A stretch of DNA of 57,444 nt, filler included, from Sluysia triapertura (Eukaryota), in the NCBI GenBank assembly GCA_046118255.1. It is 4 parts of 4 records of this genome, joined end to end, with 100 filler letters (N's around TTAATTAATTAA, not from the genome) between each part and the next. Parts side by side here need not be neighbours in the genome. Positions count along the whole stretch, not along the records: positions 33,325 to 45,041 come from JBJNIA010177140.1; positions 45,142 to 57,444 come from JBJNIA010121638.1; 2 more parts are not named here. One strand, written 5' to 3'. A model generated the notes under the pieces. The model had not been told where the DNA came from. It was given only the letters and a program-made list of their open reading frames with translations, and did not search any database. The position numbers and the translations under genes are program-made. This document shows positions 40,100 through 52,328 of the stretch, piece by piece (position 1 is the stretch's first letter; each line of letters starts with the position of its first letter).

Positions 40100-40638
40100 T
40101 GTGAATCAATAATGTCACCACTGGTAGCGATAATTACCAAATAGTTAATTATAAAGAATAATAATAATGATAACAATAATTATTATTATAAAAATTAAAT
40201 AAAATAAAAATAAAAACATCAATTTCTGCTTATTATCTCTACACGAACTTTCAATTTAAAACTCTTATTCTTTTAACATATTAAAATTTCTTTAAAAAAG
40301 CTTGAAATTTAAATCCCTTATACACATATCGTAAAAGAATATTTAGATATAATTGATCATTTTAAATGAACGTTTTTGAAAGAAAGTGGACTGAAACTTG
40401 AAAATATATTAAATTCGTTTTAAATGTATATTTGATGGATGTTTTTTAAGATGTAAATTTTAGCTCTAATGTTGTGAGATTGAGTTAAATGTCTTAAATG
40501 ATATTTAAATGTGTAATAATTATTTTAAATGCTAATCGATGTGAGTGTGGTTATGAGTGAAATGTTTTTAATGAATCTTTAAAATGTAAATTATGGGTTC
40601 TGAAGGTAAATGTAAGAGTAACAACCTGACCACTACAA
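40100..40638 (-). mobile_element. TTGTRGTG-headed module (minus)
   Basis: Reverse complement starts ttgtagtggtca, then C/A skew, purine block atatgttaaaagaataagag, AAT tract, tgtcac at 40113. Confidence 0.6.
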
Positions 40639-41073
40639 CCGAATTTGAAAATAATTATAAAGCAAAAGACAAATAAATGAAGTAAATGTTTGTATTGACA
40701 ACAAAACATTTGTAAAAATTGAAGTTTTAATTAAATAATAAATAAAATAATCATTCAAATTTTGTTCCTTAAAAAATCAAAATATTATAATAATTAATAA
40801 CTAATTCATGAAACGATTAATTATAAAAACTTATATTTATCGTCATCTAAAAGATTAGTTCATACAAGAGTATATTTCTTACCACATCGAATGATTAAAG
40901 AATCTTCTTTCTTATTTGCCATTAAAATAGTCGACGTTTCACTTTTCTTTATGTGGAATCTGAGTTTTCCTTGTTTAATTTGCTGTATATTCTTCTTTTC
41001 TTACACCTAAGCAAAATATAAATTAATGTTCTGGGTCCGTTTACAGTCTACGGCCTACTATTCAAAGATGGAC

Positions 41074-41400
41074 TTGTGGTGTCACAGTCACATATGACGA
41101 CCTTTCCCATTTCACAAACAAAACCAGATAAATTAACAAACATTTTAATACGCTAAACATTTTAAAACATTTCGATAGAGCCAATATTGACTTTAAACCT
41201 CATAGTAAACTGTAAGCTCCAAAACAACTTCTTTTACTACCTAACAACTAACAGATCGTCCTACCTCCTCACAAGTTACTAATCCATCATATTCAGCAAA
41301 GCTACAATTCATAAAACTTCGAACCATAAAATTTTATGAAATAATTAATGTAACCATATCAAAATCATAATAACCAATATATTTTCCTTTTGTTTTAATA
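41074..41400 (+). repeat. TTGTRGTG-headed C/A-skewed module (short copy)
   Basis: ttgtggtgtcaca head followed by about 300 bp of G-poor, C/A-rich DNA. Confidence 0.55.
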
Positions 41401-42083
41401 TGATCTAATACGTTTTTTTGTACGGTATCGTTCCCGTTCCCATTAATAGTCACATTATTATTGTGTTATTGTGATTATCGTTTGATTATCTTTTTTCTTC
41501 TTATGGTAATATGGAAACAGTTTGCTCGGTGATTCAAAACCTCTTAAAACAAGTTACTCATCGTTTTTAGCACATTAGTCACTAACAACATTCGATATAC
41601 AAACGTCTTAATTGTGTAAATTTACGCAAAATTAGTTATAGTTTCATCTATTGCAAACATTCATAGTAATCAGCGTAATTCTTTTAAATAAGGTATACAA
41701 GACCTTCCTTTTAACGGAAAATTCTGATTTTCTTTATATTTTATTGTTTTAGCAACATTTAATATTTGTTTAAATATCGAATTTTAAATAACGTTGAGGC
41801 CAAGCCTTTCTTGGAAATTTCGATACTCAAAAGATTTTATATCTAGTGAAAGTTTAGATGATGTATTAAGAAAAATAGAAATGTCAGAAAATAGAATTAT
41901 GAAAAAGTCACACTAAATGGTTATTGTGTGTGTTGAAGAATTGGAACAAGTGCATAGAGACATTTTTACTTCGTTGAGTGGTGTCTCGTCAACCAATTCT
42001 ACATCAAAAGCGATACATAAGAAGAGGAAAGCAGATAAACGATTCCTAAAAATCCAAAATTAAGACAGGAAACTGCTTTATAA

Positions 42084-42275
42084 TGGAATCGTCGGTTCGC
42101 TTTATTCGAACGATTCGATGAAGGCATTTTACTAGATCGAGAATCATGATTTAGTGTTACTCCAGTATGTACTGCTAAAAGTTATACTACATTTTGCAAC
42201 GAAAATGATGTGGTTTTAGATGAATTTTGTGGTACTGGTGGAAATATAATCCACTTTTTAAATAAAAATATTTGA
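42084..42275 (+). pseudogene. TGS1: Trimethylguanosine synthase (TGS1) fragment
   Basis: *WNRRFALFERFDEGILLDRES*FSVTP...DVVLDEFCGTGGNIIHF matches TGS1 YW.QRY.LFSRFD.GI.LD.E.WFSVTP...DVVVDAFCG.GGN.IQF. Stops fall at the Y and W positions, and it is truncated after the SAM-binding motif. Confidence 0.9.
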
Positions 42276-43099
42276 CATGGTTTGCAAAATAATTCAGGTA
42301 TCAAGAATTTTATTGCGTTGGATTTTTTGCTAATTAATTTTTATGAAGTTTCATTTAAAACATGTTTTTTTAATGGAATCAACCATTTTGTTTTTCATTT
42401 TATGAAATAATTTGTTTTTTAAAGGACTTTAAGTCGTCTTTTAATTTGAATAAAAATTCTTGAAATTTTGTTTAACTTAGCAATACATTTTAAATGTTAA
42501 AAAGGAAATCAGATAGATCGTTTTCATAATGAAACCACGTTAAATTTCAAACTAAAAGTGTAGCCATAATGTGGTAATAAATAAATTCTTAAAAACTTTC
42601 ACTTAACTTTGAGGGTTTATTACAACTTTCACTTATTTCATTTTATTTATCTTAAATCAATAATTCGATAACACACGAAGGTTTATTATAAAAACTTAAA
42701 AATATAAATGCACAATTAGCTTTAAACAAAACTATAATTACTTAAAAGTATAAACGTATAATGAATTAAATATTAAAAGATGTGTAACTTGATTTCAAAC
42801 AACAATTCACCAAAAGTATATGTAATAATCTAATATTACTCCAATATTGATAAGATAAAGCTTAAAAGAATTTAAGATTGTGTTAACACAATCGCTGAAT
42901 TTATAGATATTGAGTGGTTTACTTCTCATCTTTTTTGAGCATGATTGTAGATAGTCCTTGCATAGTAATAGGTAAGATACGTTTGTTTAAATCTAAAGTC
43001 ATTCGCTGCATTTTTAAGAAGCGCACCCTGAACAAAAAATCAAACAATGTTGTCAAAACAAAATCAATAAGCTATTGAAAATGAACTTTATGTGATAAG

Positions 43100-43332
43100 A
43101 TTTACTACGAATATTATGCTTAACTGACCTAGAATTGAAATGTTTTAACTAATAACTTTGTGTGTTAAATAGTTTAGTAAGTTTTGTAGAAAGTAATAGT
43201 GTATTTCCAAGGTGAGTCTGGCGAATTTGTGATGTGTGATAATTCTGTTTGAAATAAAATTCGATATGTCTACAAGAGTTGAAAAGTTGTAAAATCATGA
43301 TCAGTTATGATTCATTGTGTAGTAGACCACAA
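43100..43332 (-). repeat. Possible short/diverged module (minus)
   Basis: G/T-skewed plus strand ending gaccacaa (reverse complement ttgtggtc). Confidence 0.4.
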
Positions 43333-44502
43333 AAAGGTAATGTATGAATTAATTTGCAGATGTTTGTCTATAAGTTGTTTGCTACAGAATTTGAATATTA
43401 AATATAATTCATCATCTAAGTACATTATTAAATAAACTTGATATTTATAAATTTGATAAATAAATGTCTGATATTTGTGTTAAACTGTATAATGTAATTA
43501 CAAATATTTCTAGAATATAAATCTAGATTATATAATAAGATTTGCTTGATTAAATTATAAGTAGTATTTACTGTAGAATTTGTATAAACAGAAGCAAATA
43601 ATGTAAATTCATTTTTCAACTGTCATTTTTTGTTCTAAATTTTTAACTTATATTCTATAATAATATAAATAAAAAAATAAAATTAAAATGAATATAAATA
43701 ATTAAAGAACTAATAATAAATTAATATGCCTTACTAAAGTTACGTTAAATTTATTGTTTTTTGACGTGAAGAATGTACTATTTATTTATTTTTTAAAAAT
43801 TATTAAATATTGATTTATTTCTAAATTGTTACATCTTTAACATAAAATTACTTTTTCGTATTTTATTAGTTTATTACCAATACGTTATAGATCATGGACG
43901 GAATATTAAAGTATTTATTATTGATAACACTAAATTAATCTTAATTGTTACTAAAGACGTGACAGAGGTATTTCTTAAAGAAATAAAGAAATCTACAATC
44001 ATAAATGAAAACTAAATCTTAATGAGTTCGCCTGTGATCTGCGTTCTTCATTTAATTTATATTTTCACACTTGCAAATAAATTAGATCCCGTGTTCGCCT
44101 ATAGTGGTCGTTTTAAACTACGTGAAGAGACGTAAATATAGGATTTATTAAATTAAAACTAATATACCGAAGAATCAGATGGATTTCATCAATAAATCAA
44201 TCATTCGATGTGGTTTTACCTTTACCTTAGTTTCCTCTTAAGAAAATGTCAAATAGATATAAGTAAGAAGCTGTATTATTAATACGAAATCGTGTAGTGA
44301 TTAAAATCACGAATCATAAATTATCACTAGATAACAATAGTACAACTGCGAATATTGCCTTTATCTTGAAGGTATAAATACTAGTTGTACATGCGGAGTT
44401 GTATATTTATATTCTTTACAGTGATTAAATATCATTGGTGATCTGTTACAGTCGTAAATGAGAGTTGGTATATTTATATTATTAGTATTGTAGAATCTAG
44501 AG

Positions 44503-45041
44503 CAAGGATCAGCAACCTACGACCTACGAAGAGATTTTGACTAGTTTATGAAGATATTTGACTGGCCCATGACCACATGTTAAATAACGATAATAAATTC
44601 AATAAACAAAATTGTATTAATATTCATTAAAATTCAATATTTAAATTTTAAGTTAACCCATGAATTCAAAGGTCAGAAAAGTAGATAGCGTGTGCGGAAT
44701 TTTTCATGATACTTGGGCGTTTGATTATTTTTTTTATCGAACAAAATGGAAAGCCATCATGTCTTATTTGTCTTGAAAAAGTTTCTATGAATAAAGTAGC
44801 AAATATCAGGCGCCATTACATGACCCACAATTTTGCTAATTTAAAAAAATACTGGACAATTAAAGAGAGATTAATTCAAGGTTTGAAAAGCACATCATTT
44901 TTTACAAATAACAGAAATGAATGTGAAGCTAATACCAGTGCAATCTATGAAGTGTCGAGACTTATTAAGAATACAAACCACAAAATCCAGAAATATTTGT
45001 GAATATGATAACAGATTTTAAGAATGAGTTCTCATCTCATT
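44503..45041 (+). mobile_element. 5' end of a hAT (SPIN/GTF2IRD2-like) transposon, cut by the gap
   Basis: Left TIR caaggatcagcaacctacg preceded by atctagag (nTCTAGAn target consensus). From ATG 44660: MNSKVRKVDSVCGIFHDTWAFDY / FFIEQNGKPSCLICLEKVSMNKVANIRRHYMTH (BED-type finger), frameshift in the poly-T. Confidence 0.88.
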
Positions 45042-45141
45042 NNNNNNNNNNNNNNNNNNNNNNNNNNNNNNNNNNNNNNNNNNNNTTAATTAATTAANNN
45101 NNNNNNNNNNNNNNNNNNNNNNNNNNNNNNNNNNNNNNNNN
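45042..45141. other. Assembly gap with TTAATTAATTAA linker
   Basis: Same 100-nt structure. Confidence 0.95.
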
Positions 45142-45182
45142 GTCTGCGCAGTCCGACTGCTCTACCACTGAGCTATCAGCCC
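45142..45182 (-). tRNA. 5' half of a tRNA or tRNA-derived SINE head (Cys-like), truncated by the gap
   Basis: Reverse complement GGGCTGA-TA-GCTC-AGTGGTA-GAGC-AGTCGGACTGCGCAGAC: canonical D-arm and A box. Anticodon ambiguous. Confidence 0.7.
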
Positions 45183-45913
45183 CGTCTAACAATTTCATTT
45201 TTAATATATTCAATTATATTACTTGGCACCTTTTAGGCCTTTTACCACAACATTACATTTATGCCTGGACAGAGGACTAGAACGTGAAAATTGCAATGTC
45301 GAGGCTGCATTGTATAGCAAGTAAGTAAGTAAACCTAACATCTTAGACCACGGAGTCACAAAATATATTTCATACCACGATGAATCAATTTTGAGTGTTG
45401 AATACTTTCATGCACCAGATTTAAATTCACTGACGTATCATTGTAAAGATTATTAAAAAGAACTAAATTCTGTGACTGTCTTGACATAAAAAGTACTTTA
45501 CTCATATGATTTAAAATGTAAGAATGATTTCTATAATAAAGCACAGTAACTTAAGCCTAACTCGTTATATAAACAATCTAAAATATGAACCATATCTTTA
45601 ACTAAGCTGTGAACCAAATCAATAGTTAGCCCGACATCTTACTGACTATTTAACAACAACGCATGGTTTCGAAATTGAGTTTCACATAATTCGTATAATG
45701 AATTGTAGCATTTTGTGCATTTAGTAACACTATTAATATTAATATTGATTAATTAACAAATTCAAAAAAATTATCTTTTAAAAAACATTCTAAAGTTGTA
45801 TAGTTTTTTATTTTTTTAATTTCTTTTTTAATGCACAAAACTTTAACAATCATTAAAAATTCTTCATTAGTAAAATCATTATCTGCAGAATGTTCTATTT
45901 TACAATTTAATAA

Positions 45914-47561
45914 TTAATAAAACCGTCAATATCAGCATTTCTTAAAACGATTCTTGAAAAAGATGACAAAGATGTAAAAGCTTGCGACTCAGTGAAAATA
46001 CTGTTAGCAAAAGAATAGACGAAATGAGTGAAGATATTGAAAAACAACTTGTTGAAAAGCTGAAAACAAGAAAATTCTCAGTGCAAATGGACTTTGAGAG
46101 ATAATGAGGCAGTATTGATAACTTTCATAAGATATATTGATAAAGGGCATTTTGCAGAAGAAATGTTGTTCTGTAAAAGATTAGAAAACGCCGCTACTTC
46201 CAAAGATATATTTAATAAGCTAAAAAAACTACTTAGATGTCAATGATATACCAATAAAAAAATATAACATCTTGAGCTGCAGATGGTGCTCCTAATATGA
46301 CGGGCAAGAAAAATGGCTGCTTAAAATTGATGAAAGATGCGCATCCAGAAATGATTCTTGTGGATTGTGTTATTCATAGGTAAAACTTGGTAACTAAAAA
46401 CATCTCGCCTGTTCTAAACGAAGAACTACAAACTGTAATAAAATGTGTTAATGTTATTAAAGCTAGTGCCAAATGTGAGCGTCTTTTCAAGCTATTTTGT
46501 GAAGAACGAAATGAAGACCATGTGAGGCTTTTGCTTCATACTGAAGTAAGGTGGCTATCTCAAGGAAACTGCTTGAAAATATTTAGGGAACCGTTTGATG
46601 CTCTTAGTGATTGTTTAAGCGACAAACCAGAAATGAAGCATCTATTAACAATCGATGGCAAAGCCTTTGTGAGTTATTTAGCCGATATCTTTGAAAAACT
46701 AAATATATATTAAATAAGCAACTTCAAGGAACAAATAAAACTCGTGTCGATGAAAAAGCGAAAATAGTCGGTTTCATTACCAATATTGAGTTATGTCAGA
46801 AACATAGTAACAACAAAAACTTTGAACAGTTCCACTGGCTCCAAAAATGTGAAGTAACTGAGACCGCTTTACTTGTTATTGTAAATCATTTGAATAATTT
46901 ATCGGCCAATTTAAAAGAAAGATTTTTAGATTTAAAACAAATTGATTTTCCAACATGGATGATGCAGCCAATGTTAGTGGATTTGTCTGATATATCAAAT
47001 ATGCAGTATCAAGTAGAACTCGCTGAATTACAAAATGATGCTCAGTAAAAACTTTATTTAGTATAAAAGGTGCAATGGCATTGTTTTGTGAGGAAACGGA
47101 AATCAAATACCATAACTTAACCAAACTTAACTATTACTATCGTTTCCATCTTCATTTTTGGCTGAATGTGGATTTACTGATAAAAAAGAAATAGGCTGGA
47201 TATAACACAAACTGGGAATTTGAGACTGAAGCTAACCAAATTGGAACTAAATATAAAATCTCTCTGCAGCAAGCTTCAAGCGCAAGGATCTCACTAAATT
47301 AAAATAACAAGTTAATATAGAAAAATCATTATTAAAATTATTTGGATTTGAATTTTAGTTTTGCATTATATGTTTTGAAATTTTACTTACTGTGTTTTGT
47401 TAACAATGTGATAGTGATTTATTCCTAGAATCCATCATTTATGTTTCTTAAGTGAACAAATCAATTTTTAATGTTAAATATTATGTATGTTACATAGGGA
47501 GGGCATAAAAACTTTAGAAAGGTTAAAGTGGAGCATGGCACAAAAAAGTTGGGAAACACTG
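45914..47561 (+). mobile_element. 5'-truncated hAT-Buster (SCAND3/ZBED8-like) transposon with right TIR
   Basis: RIDEMSEDIEKQL..KFSVQMD, AADGAPNM.GK, CVIHR, LLLHTEVRWLSQGNCL and terminal AQGSH* (stop 47295-47297). TIR gttgggaaacactg at 47548-47561, followed by ctttataa (nnnTAnnn). Multiple stops and frameshifts. Confidence 0.93.
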
Positions 47562-49525
47562 CTTTATAAGATTATTCAAGGCTTCAGGATTACTTAAAGA
47601 TATTAAGTGATTTCACCGTTCACAAGTACAGGGTACCTCGATGCCTCTTGACGTTTTCTAAACCTAACCCAAGCCTCCACAGGATACTCCAAAGTATTCC
47701 TTATACTCAACATTGAGAGGGTATCACTATTTTCTAAAGTTTTTCAAAAATTATGAGTATATTTATTAATTAATTTAAGTAAAATTGTTTGGAAATGATT
47801 TTAAATCAATGTTTGCATATGAGCGGGTATCACTTATAATAAAATACAATTATGAAATTTATGAGTGTCACAAACACCGAAATAGTGCGAAACGCGTTAA
47901 CGTAGTAACGTAAAATCATCAGTTTTAATTAATTTTCTTTATTATAAAGTTAAAATCTTACGTATTATAATGAGCATACATAGTAAACGTATATATTAAA
48001 TTGATGCTCATTGAAAATAACCTGTAAGGTACTGTTAACTTGTTACGCATTGTTGAAAATAAGTTTTATATTTGAATAAATTTATATTCATTTTAAGCTA
48101 TCGACATGCACAATAATTAAGTTGAATTCCCGATTATCTAAACACTGTATAAAGAACCACATTTTTCTACCATTGCAGCAGTAGTGGCTAACACGGAATG
48201 AATCTTACAGAATCTTTAAGCCAACTTATTTATGGTTAGTTGGGTCTCGAGTTCTTATTTGGGGTACTAACATTTATATATGTTGCGTAGCTCCTGAAAT
48301 TGAGTATGGTAATTCATTTTTATTTATTGAATTATTTAAGATTGATTTATAATAAATTGTAATTAATTGCCGTAAATAGACTGGATTATATTGAGTTAAT
48401 TATTATTTGACCTCAATTGTAATATAAATTGTGATATAGATATAATATATTGATATTCAGACTCACTAATTTGTGTTTTATAATTATCGTTGTTAATTTA
48501 AACGATATTAAAAAGATAAAAAACAACATTTTCATCTTCATCATTCTTAATCCAACAATATTTATAATCTTGTATCAATTCTTCTTTCATTTTTTAGTTC
48601 TATATGTTTCTTACTCATCCCTTGTTCCAAAGTTGAGCAATTTCAACAAGAAATTGTAACTAATATAGTGTTGCAATTGTTGGTTAAATTTAAATGTATA
48701 AGCATTCAACTTTTTTGACAAAACGATATTATTTATTTATTTTTATTATTTTTAACACAATGAATTCATAATTTTCCATGAATAAACCTTATATTGAAAC
48801 TTTAAAGTTTTCTTTTATTAAAAATGTTAATCTTTATTTTGAAGATAATTACCGTTATACCATTATTACTCGTTTTTATAGATGTTTCCAAATAATTTAT
48901 ATAAAAATAATTTATTAATAAAAATGTCGTGTTATAAACATGTCTGGTGTTTACTTGTTTAATCATCTATCAAAAGTTTTTAAAATGTTTTTTGTTTTTA
49001 TTGCACATGGAAGTGGCTCATGCATATAATATTTAAAAATAACAAATTTTATTCAAACGTGACTGTAAAATTCAAAATTGTATAATTGATATTATTAATT
49101 GTTCGCTAATTACGAATATTTCATGTCACCTCTAATTAAATTAATCGATTGTTCAATTTTTTGAAAAGGTTTTGCTATGAAAACAATTTCGATGAAATTA
49201 CAAATAAAAAAGTGCTTATTGTTTACAAAAAACGAGGAAAAAGTGTATTTTGTAAACGGAAATTTTTTTATTAGTTTTAATTAATTATTTTTATTAAAAT
49301 TTATAATTTAATTTTTCGTAAATTTGTTAAATTAATTTAACTTTGTTAAACCATAAACGAGAAATAAAATTAACCAATCAAATTTTAAAGCTTAATATGG
49401 ATAATATATTCCTAATAAGAATTATTATTTATATTCATAATAATTTAAGTCATTTTATTATTAAAACAATGTAAAATTTAAAAAATTAATAATTATTATT
49501 AATTAATAAATAAAATTAATACTTA

Positions 49526-49697
49526 CCACTTCTTTGTCATAGATAATGCGACCTTATTTTGATTTTGTTTTGTATGGAAACGATTTAGATGGTGATATTG
49601 TAGATAATTCAGGAACAGATAGTGAAGTTGTTGGTACAGTATATCAGTCACTAGCTTGGACTGCGAAGGGATAATGGAAGTAATAATCGTACATGCC
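49526..49697 (-). other. Isolated exon-like segment, product unknown
   Basis: Polypyrimidine-TAG acceptor, GTAAGT donor, higher GC than the flanks, one open frame. Confidence 0.3.
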
Positions 49698-49984
49698 TAA
49701 AAAGGAAATAATAGACATTTTTGTTTATATATAGAATTTTTAAATAATATATTAATAAACCCAAAAGACTTTGAAATATCTTTGAAGTATAACATTGATT
49801 AATTAATTTTATTAATTAACTAAATTAAATTAATTAAAATAGCTTTTGTGAGATAATTTTTGATCAAAATAGTATTATTAATGAAAAACTTTGAGTCTTG
49901 TAATACAAATTAATGGAATTATTATTTTAATTATTATAAAAAGGTTTAAGTAATTGAATATAATGAAACATTGTTAAGACACGA

Positions 49985-51045
49985 TTCCGAATGTATAACG
50001 TTGACGATTTATGCTTTGAAAATGATTTTCCTGTATTAGAAGTGAATAAAAATAGAGAAGATCATATCAAAAGTTAAGTTGATGGTTATATGAGGAAATA
50101 TATTTTAAAGTTAAACACAAAAATGACAATGCTTGTCAGACTTAATTACGTTGATTTGACAAATGGTTTTCGGCTAAGTGAAAACAATCAGAGTGTTTTG
50201 ATTGATAATAGATTAGAAAATTGTCTTAAATTCCAATTTTTTTAAATGAAATACAATTTATAATAAGTATCATATTGTTGTTAAAAGTAAATAAAATGTT
50301 AGTAATTTTAACAAATTATTTGTTTTATTTAAATAATACTTTACTTTTATTGGATGTTGAATACTAAATACTTATACACAAAAATAATTTGGTTATTTTA
50401 GTCACATGTTAGTTTTTTTGTTATTTGTTTTTGCTAAGTCATTAAAAAACTTTCATTTACATTTATAGATAGTTTACAATATTTACTGGGAAATTCAATT
50501 AGCACGCAGTCAGTAATACAATTAGCAAGTGAAGTATCTTCAAATAGTGTTGCTAAATCAAAAGATATTTTTCTTTATCTGTATACTACAAAATATTGAA
50601 TAATGATTTAAATAGTAATGATTATAATAAGGCTTTAAAAATGTGACATGAATTAAATTGTGATATTTGCGATTACATGATGACTTACTTAAAACTAGAT
50701 ACATATTTAATGGCCAACATTTCTGAAGAATTTATGAAAATATCCATAAATGAAGATCAGCTAGATCCGGTCAACTTTTTATCATTACGTTTAATTTGGA
50801 CTTTGTCACTTAAATCAAAAGATGATGAGTTTTAACTGATCCTGATATGTTTGGGTTTTTTGAAAATGATGAATTCCCATAGTAATACTAGTTTGTTGTA
50901 TGTAGATATTAATAATTGATATTACTATATAACGGCTTCGAATGGATTTATGATGTAAATAAATTAAATAATTTAATTGTAAAGGCAGATACTCTAAATA
51001 GTAGAAAAGTGTTATATATTCGAAGTTATTCGTATCATCTTGTGT
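49985..51045 (+). mobile_element. Decayed protein-primed family-B DNA polymerase (Polinton/Maverick or adintovirus-like)
   Basis: DYNKALKM*HELNC.ICDYMMTYLKLDTYLMANISEEF......LDPVNF, LTDPDMFGFFE, SLLYVDINN and NGFEWI follow the pPolB motifs (DY.HA..VW..F...LGDY..LYLK.DV.LL.DVFE.FR...LDP; LLTD.DM..F.E; YLDANNLY; GFEW) in the correct order. Confidence 0.75.
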
Positions 51046-51344
51046 ACATGATAAATGAGATGATTTACCTTTAGCTTCAAATTCAAAACTTAAAAAATTT
51101 TAATTAACTCATGAAACTAAATTAAATTATATAATGCATTACTGTAACCTACAAATGGATACGAAATTATACGAAATTAATAGTAAAATGCGTAGAGTTG
51201 TTTAATTTAAAAAATATTTTGATTAAATTCAAATAAGAGTAGTCAATCAACAAAAAAATTCCAGAAAAAATTTTACAAGTTTAAAAACAATTCTCTTTAC
51301 AGTAAGATTGTTTAGAAATTAAAACATCGTACTAATATAATATT

Positions 51345-51895
51345 GTGTCGTATAACTAAAAAATGAATTATTTATGCAATAGTAAAGCCAATTTTAAAAA
51401 TTCGCTTACGTTAGATTGTCATCACAACCCTCTAAAATCATCTAAAATGATTTTTAAAAAATCTTTTAAAACCTTTGAAATCACTTTAAAAATATTTAAT
51501 TTCCAAAAAAAGAAATTATTTTATGAAAAAGAAAATTCGCTTCTAGAAGTAGAATAGAAGCTTCTAGAATTTTTTTAGAACATTCCATCGATTCCCATTG
51601 GCTTATGACTAGTATATAAACTTGTATCAGTTTAATTAGAATCGCCATTTCTAAAATTACTAGTTTCATTTTCATTTTAAAATTCTATTGATTTTAAAAT
51701 TCTATTGCTGTTTTGGTTTTTTCTTTGTTGCTTGAAATGGATTATTCAAGTTTCCTTCAATACTATTGGTATATCTATTCAGAACCTGTTTTTATTCCAT
51801 GTTCACCATAAATTATTATTAATAATATACTAGTATCAAAAAATCCACTTAAATATTTTTATTTTAAGTAAATATTTAGTACGTTTCCTCGATAT
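51345..51895 (+). mobile_element. Possible solo-LTR-like repeat
   Basis: Starts TGTCGTA, has clustered ttctagaa motifs and a TATATAAA box at 51614. 3' end and TSD not clear. Confidence 0.3.
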
Positions 51896-52256
51896 GTTGA
51901 GGGCTAAAATGCACGTAAAATTATTAAACAAGTAAAGACCCTTAGTGGTATTAATTTTAATATAGTATCACTACCTTGTTACTAACCTAGTCTATCTTTA
52001 TAATATTATTTAATAACTCAATATTGTTAATTTATTGTTAGAATTGTGTGAATTTATTATTTTTTAGTTTAGATTTTAGTAAATTAAAAATAATGTCAGC
52101 AATTTAATTGTAAAATTGAAATCATGGATGATGATACTGATAATTTCTTTTCTAAATGATGATTATTATGATACATTTTTTTAGTTTTCTGTTTTTTCGG
52201 ATTACATGTAATAAATGTATATAATTTTCTTTACTTGTTTCAGTTTTTAATATTAA

Positions 52257-52328
52257 CCCCTTAACGCGCAGAAACGTATTAACACGGGCGTGCATTAAGT
52301 TTTTTTAAAAAAATTGTGCATTAAGGGG
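52257..52328. mobile_element. 72-bp piggyBac-type MITE
   Basis: TTAA|ccccttaacgcgca ... tgtgcattaagggg|TTAA: 12/14 TIR match with TTAA target duplication. Confidence 0.8.

Noticed and set aside
731-42150. Alternative genetic code (TAA/TAG reassignment) suggested by many single in-frame stops
   Set aside because: The stops align to different residues (K, Y, C, W, E), include TGA and co-occur with frameshifts. This is ordinary pseudogene decay.
43890-44130. AAA-ATPase-like remnant (MDG ... ANKLDPVFAYSGRF)
   Set aside because: Resembles the second region of homology, but no Walker motifs are present. Too short to support.
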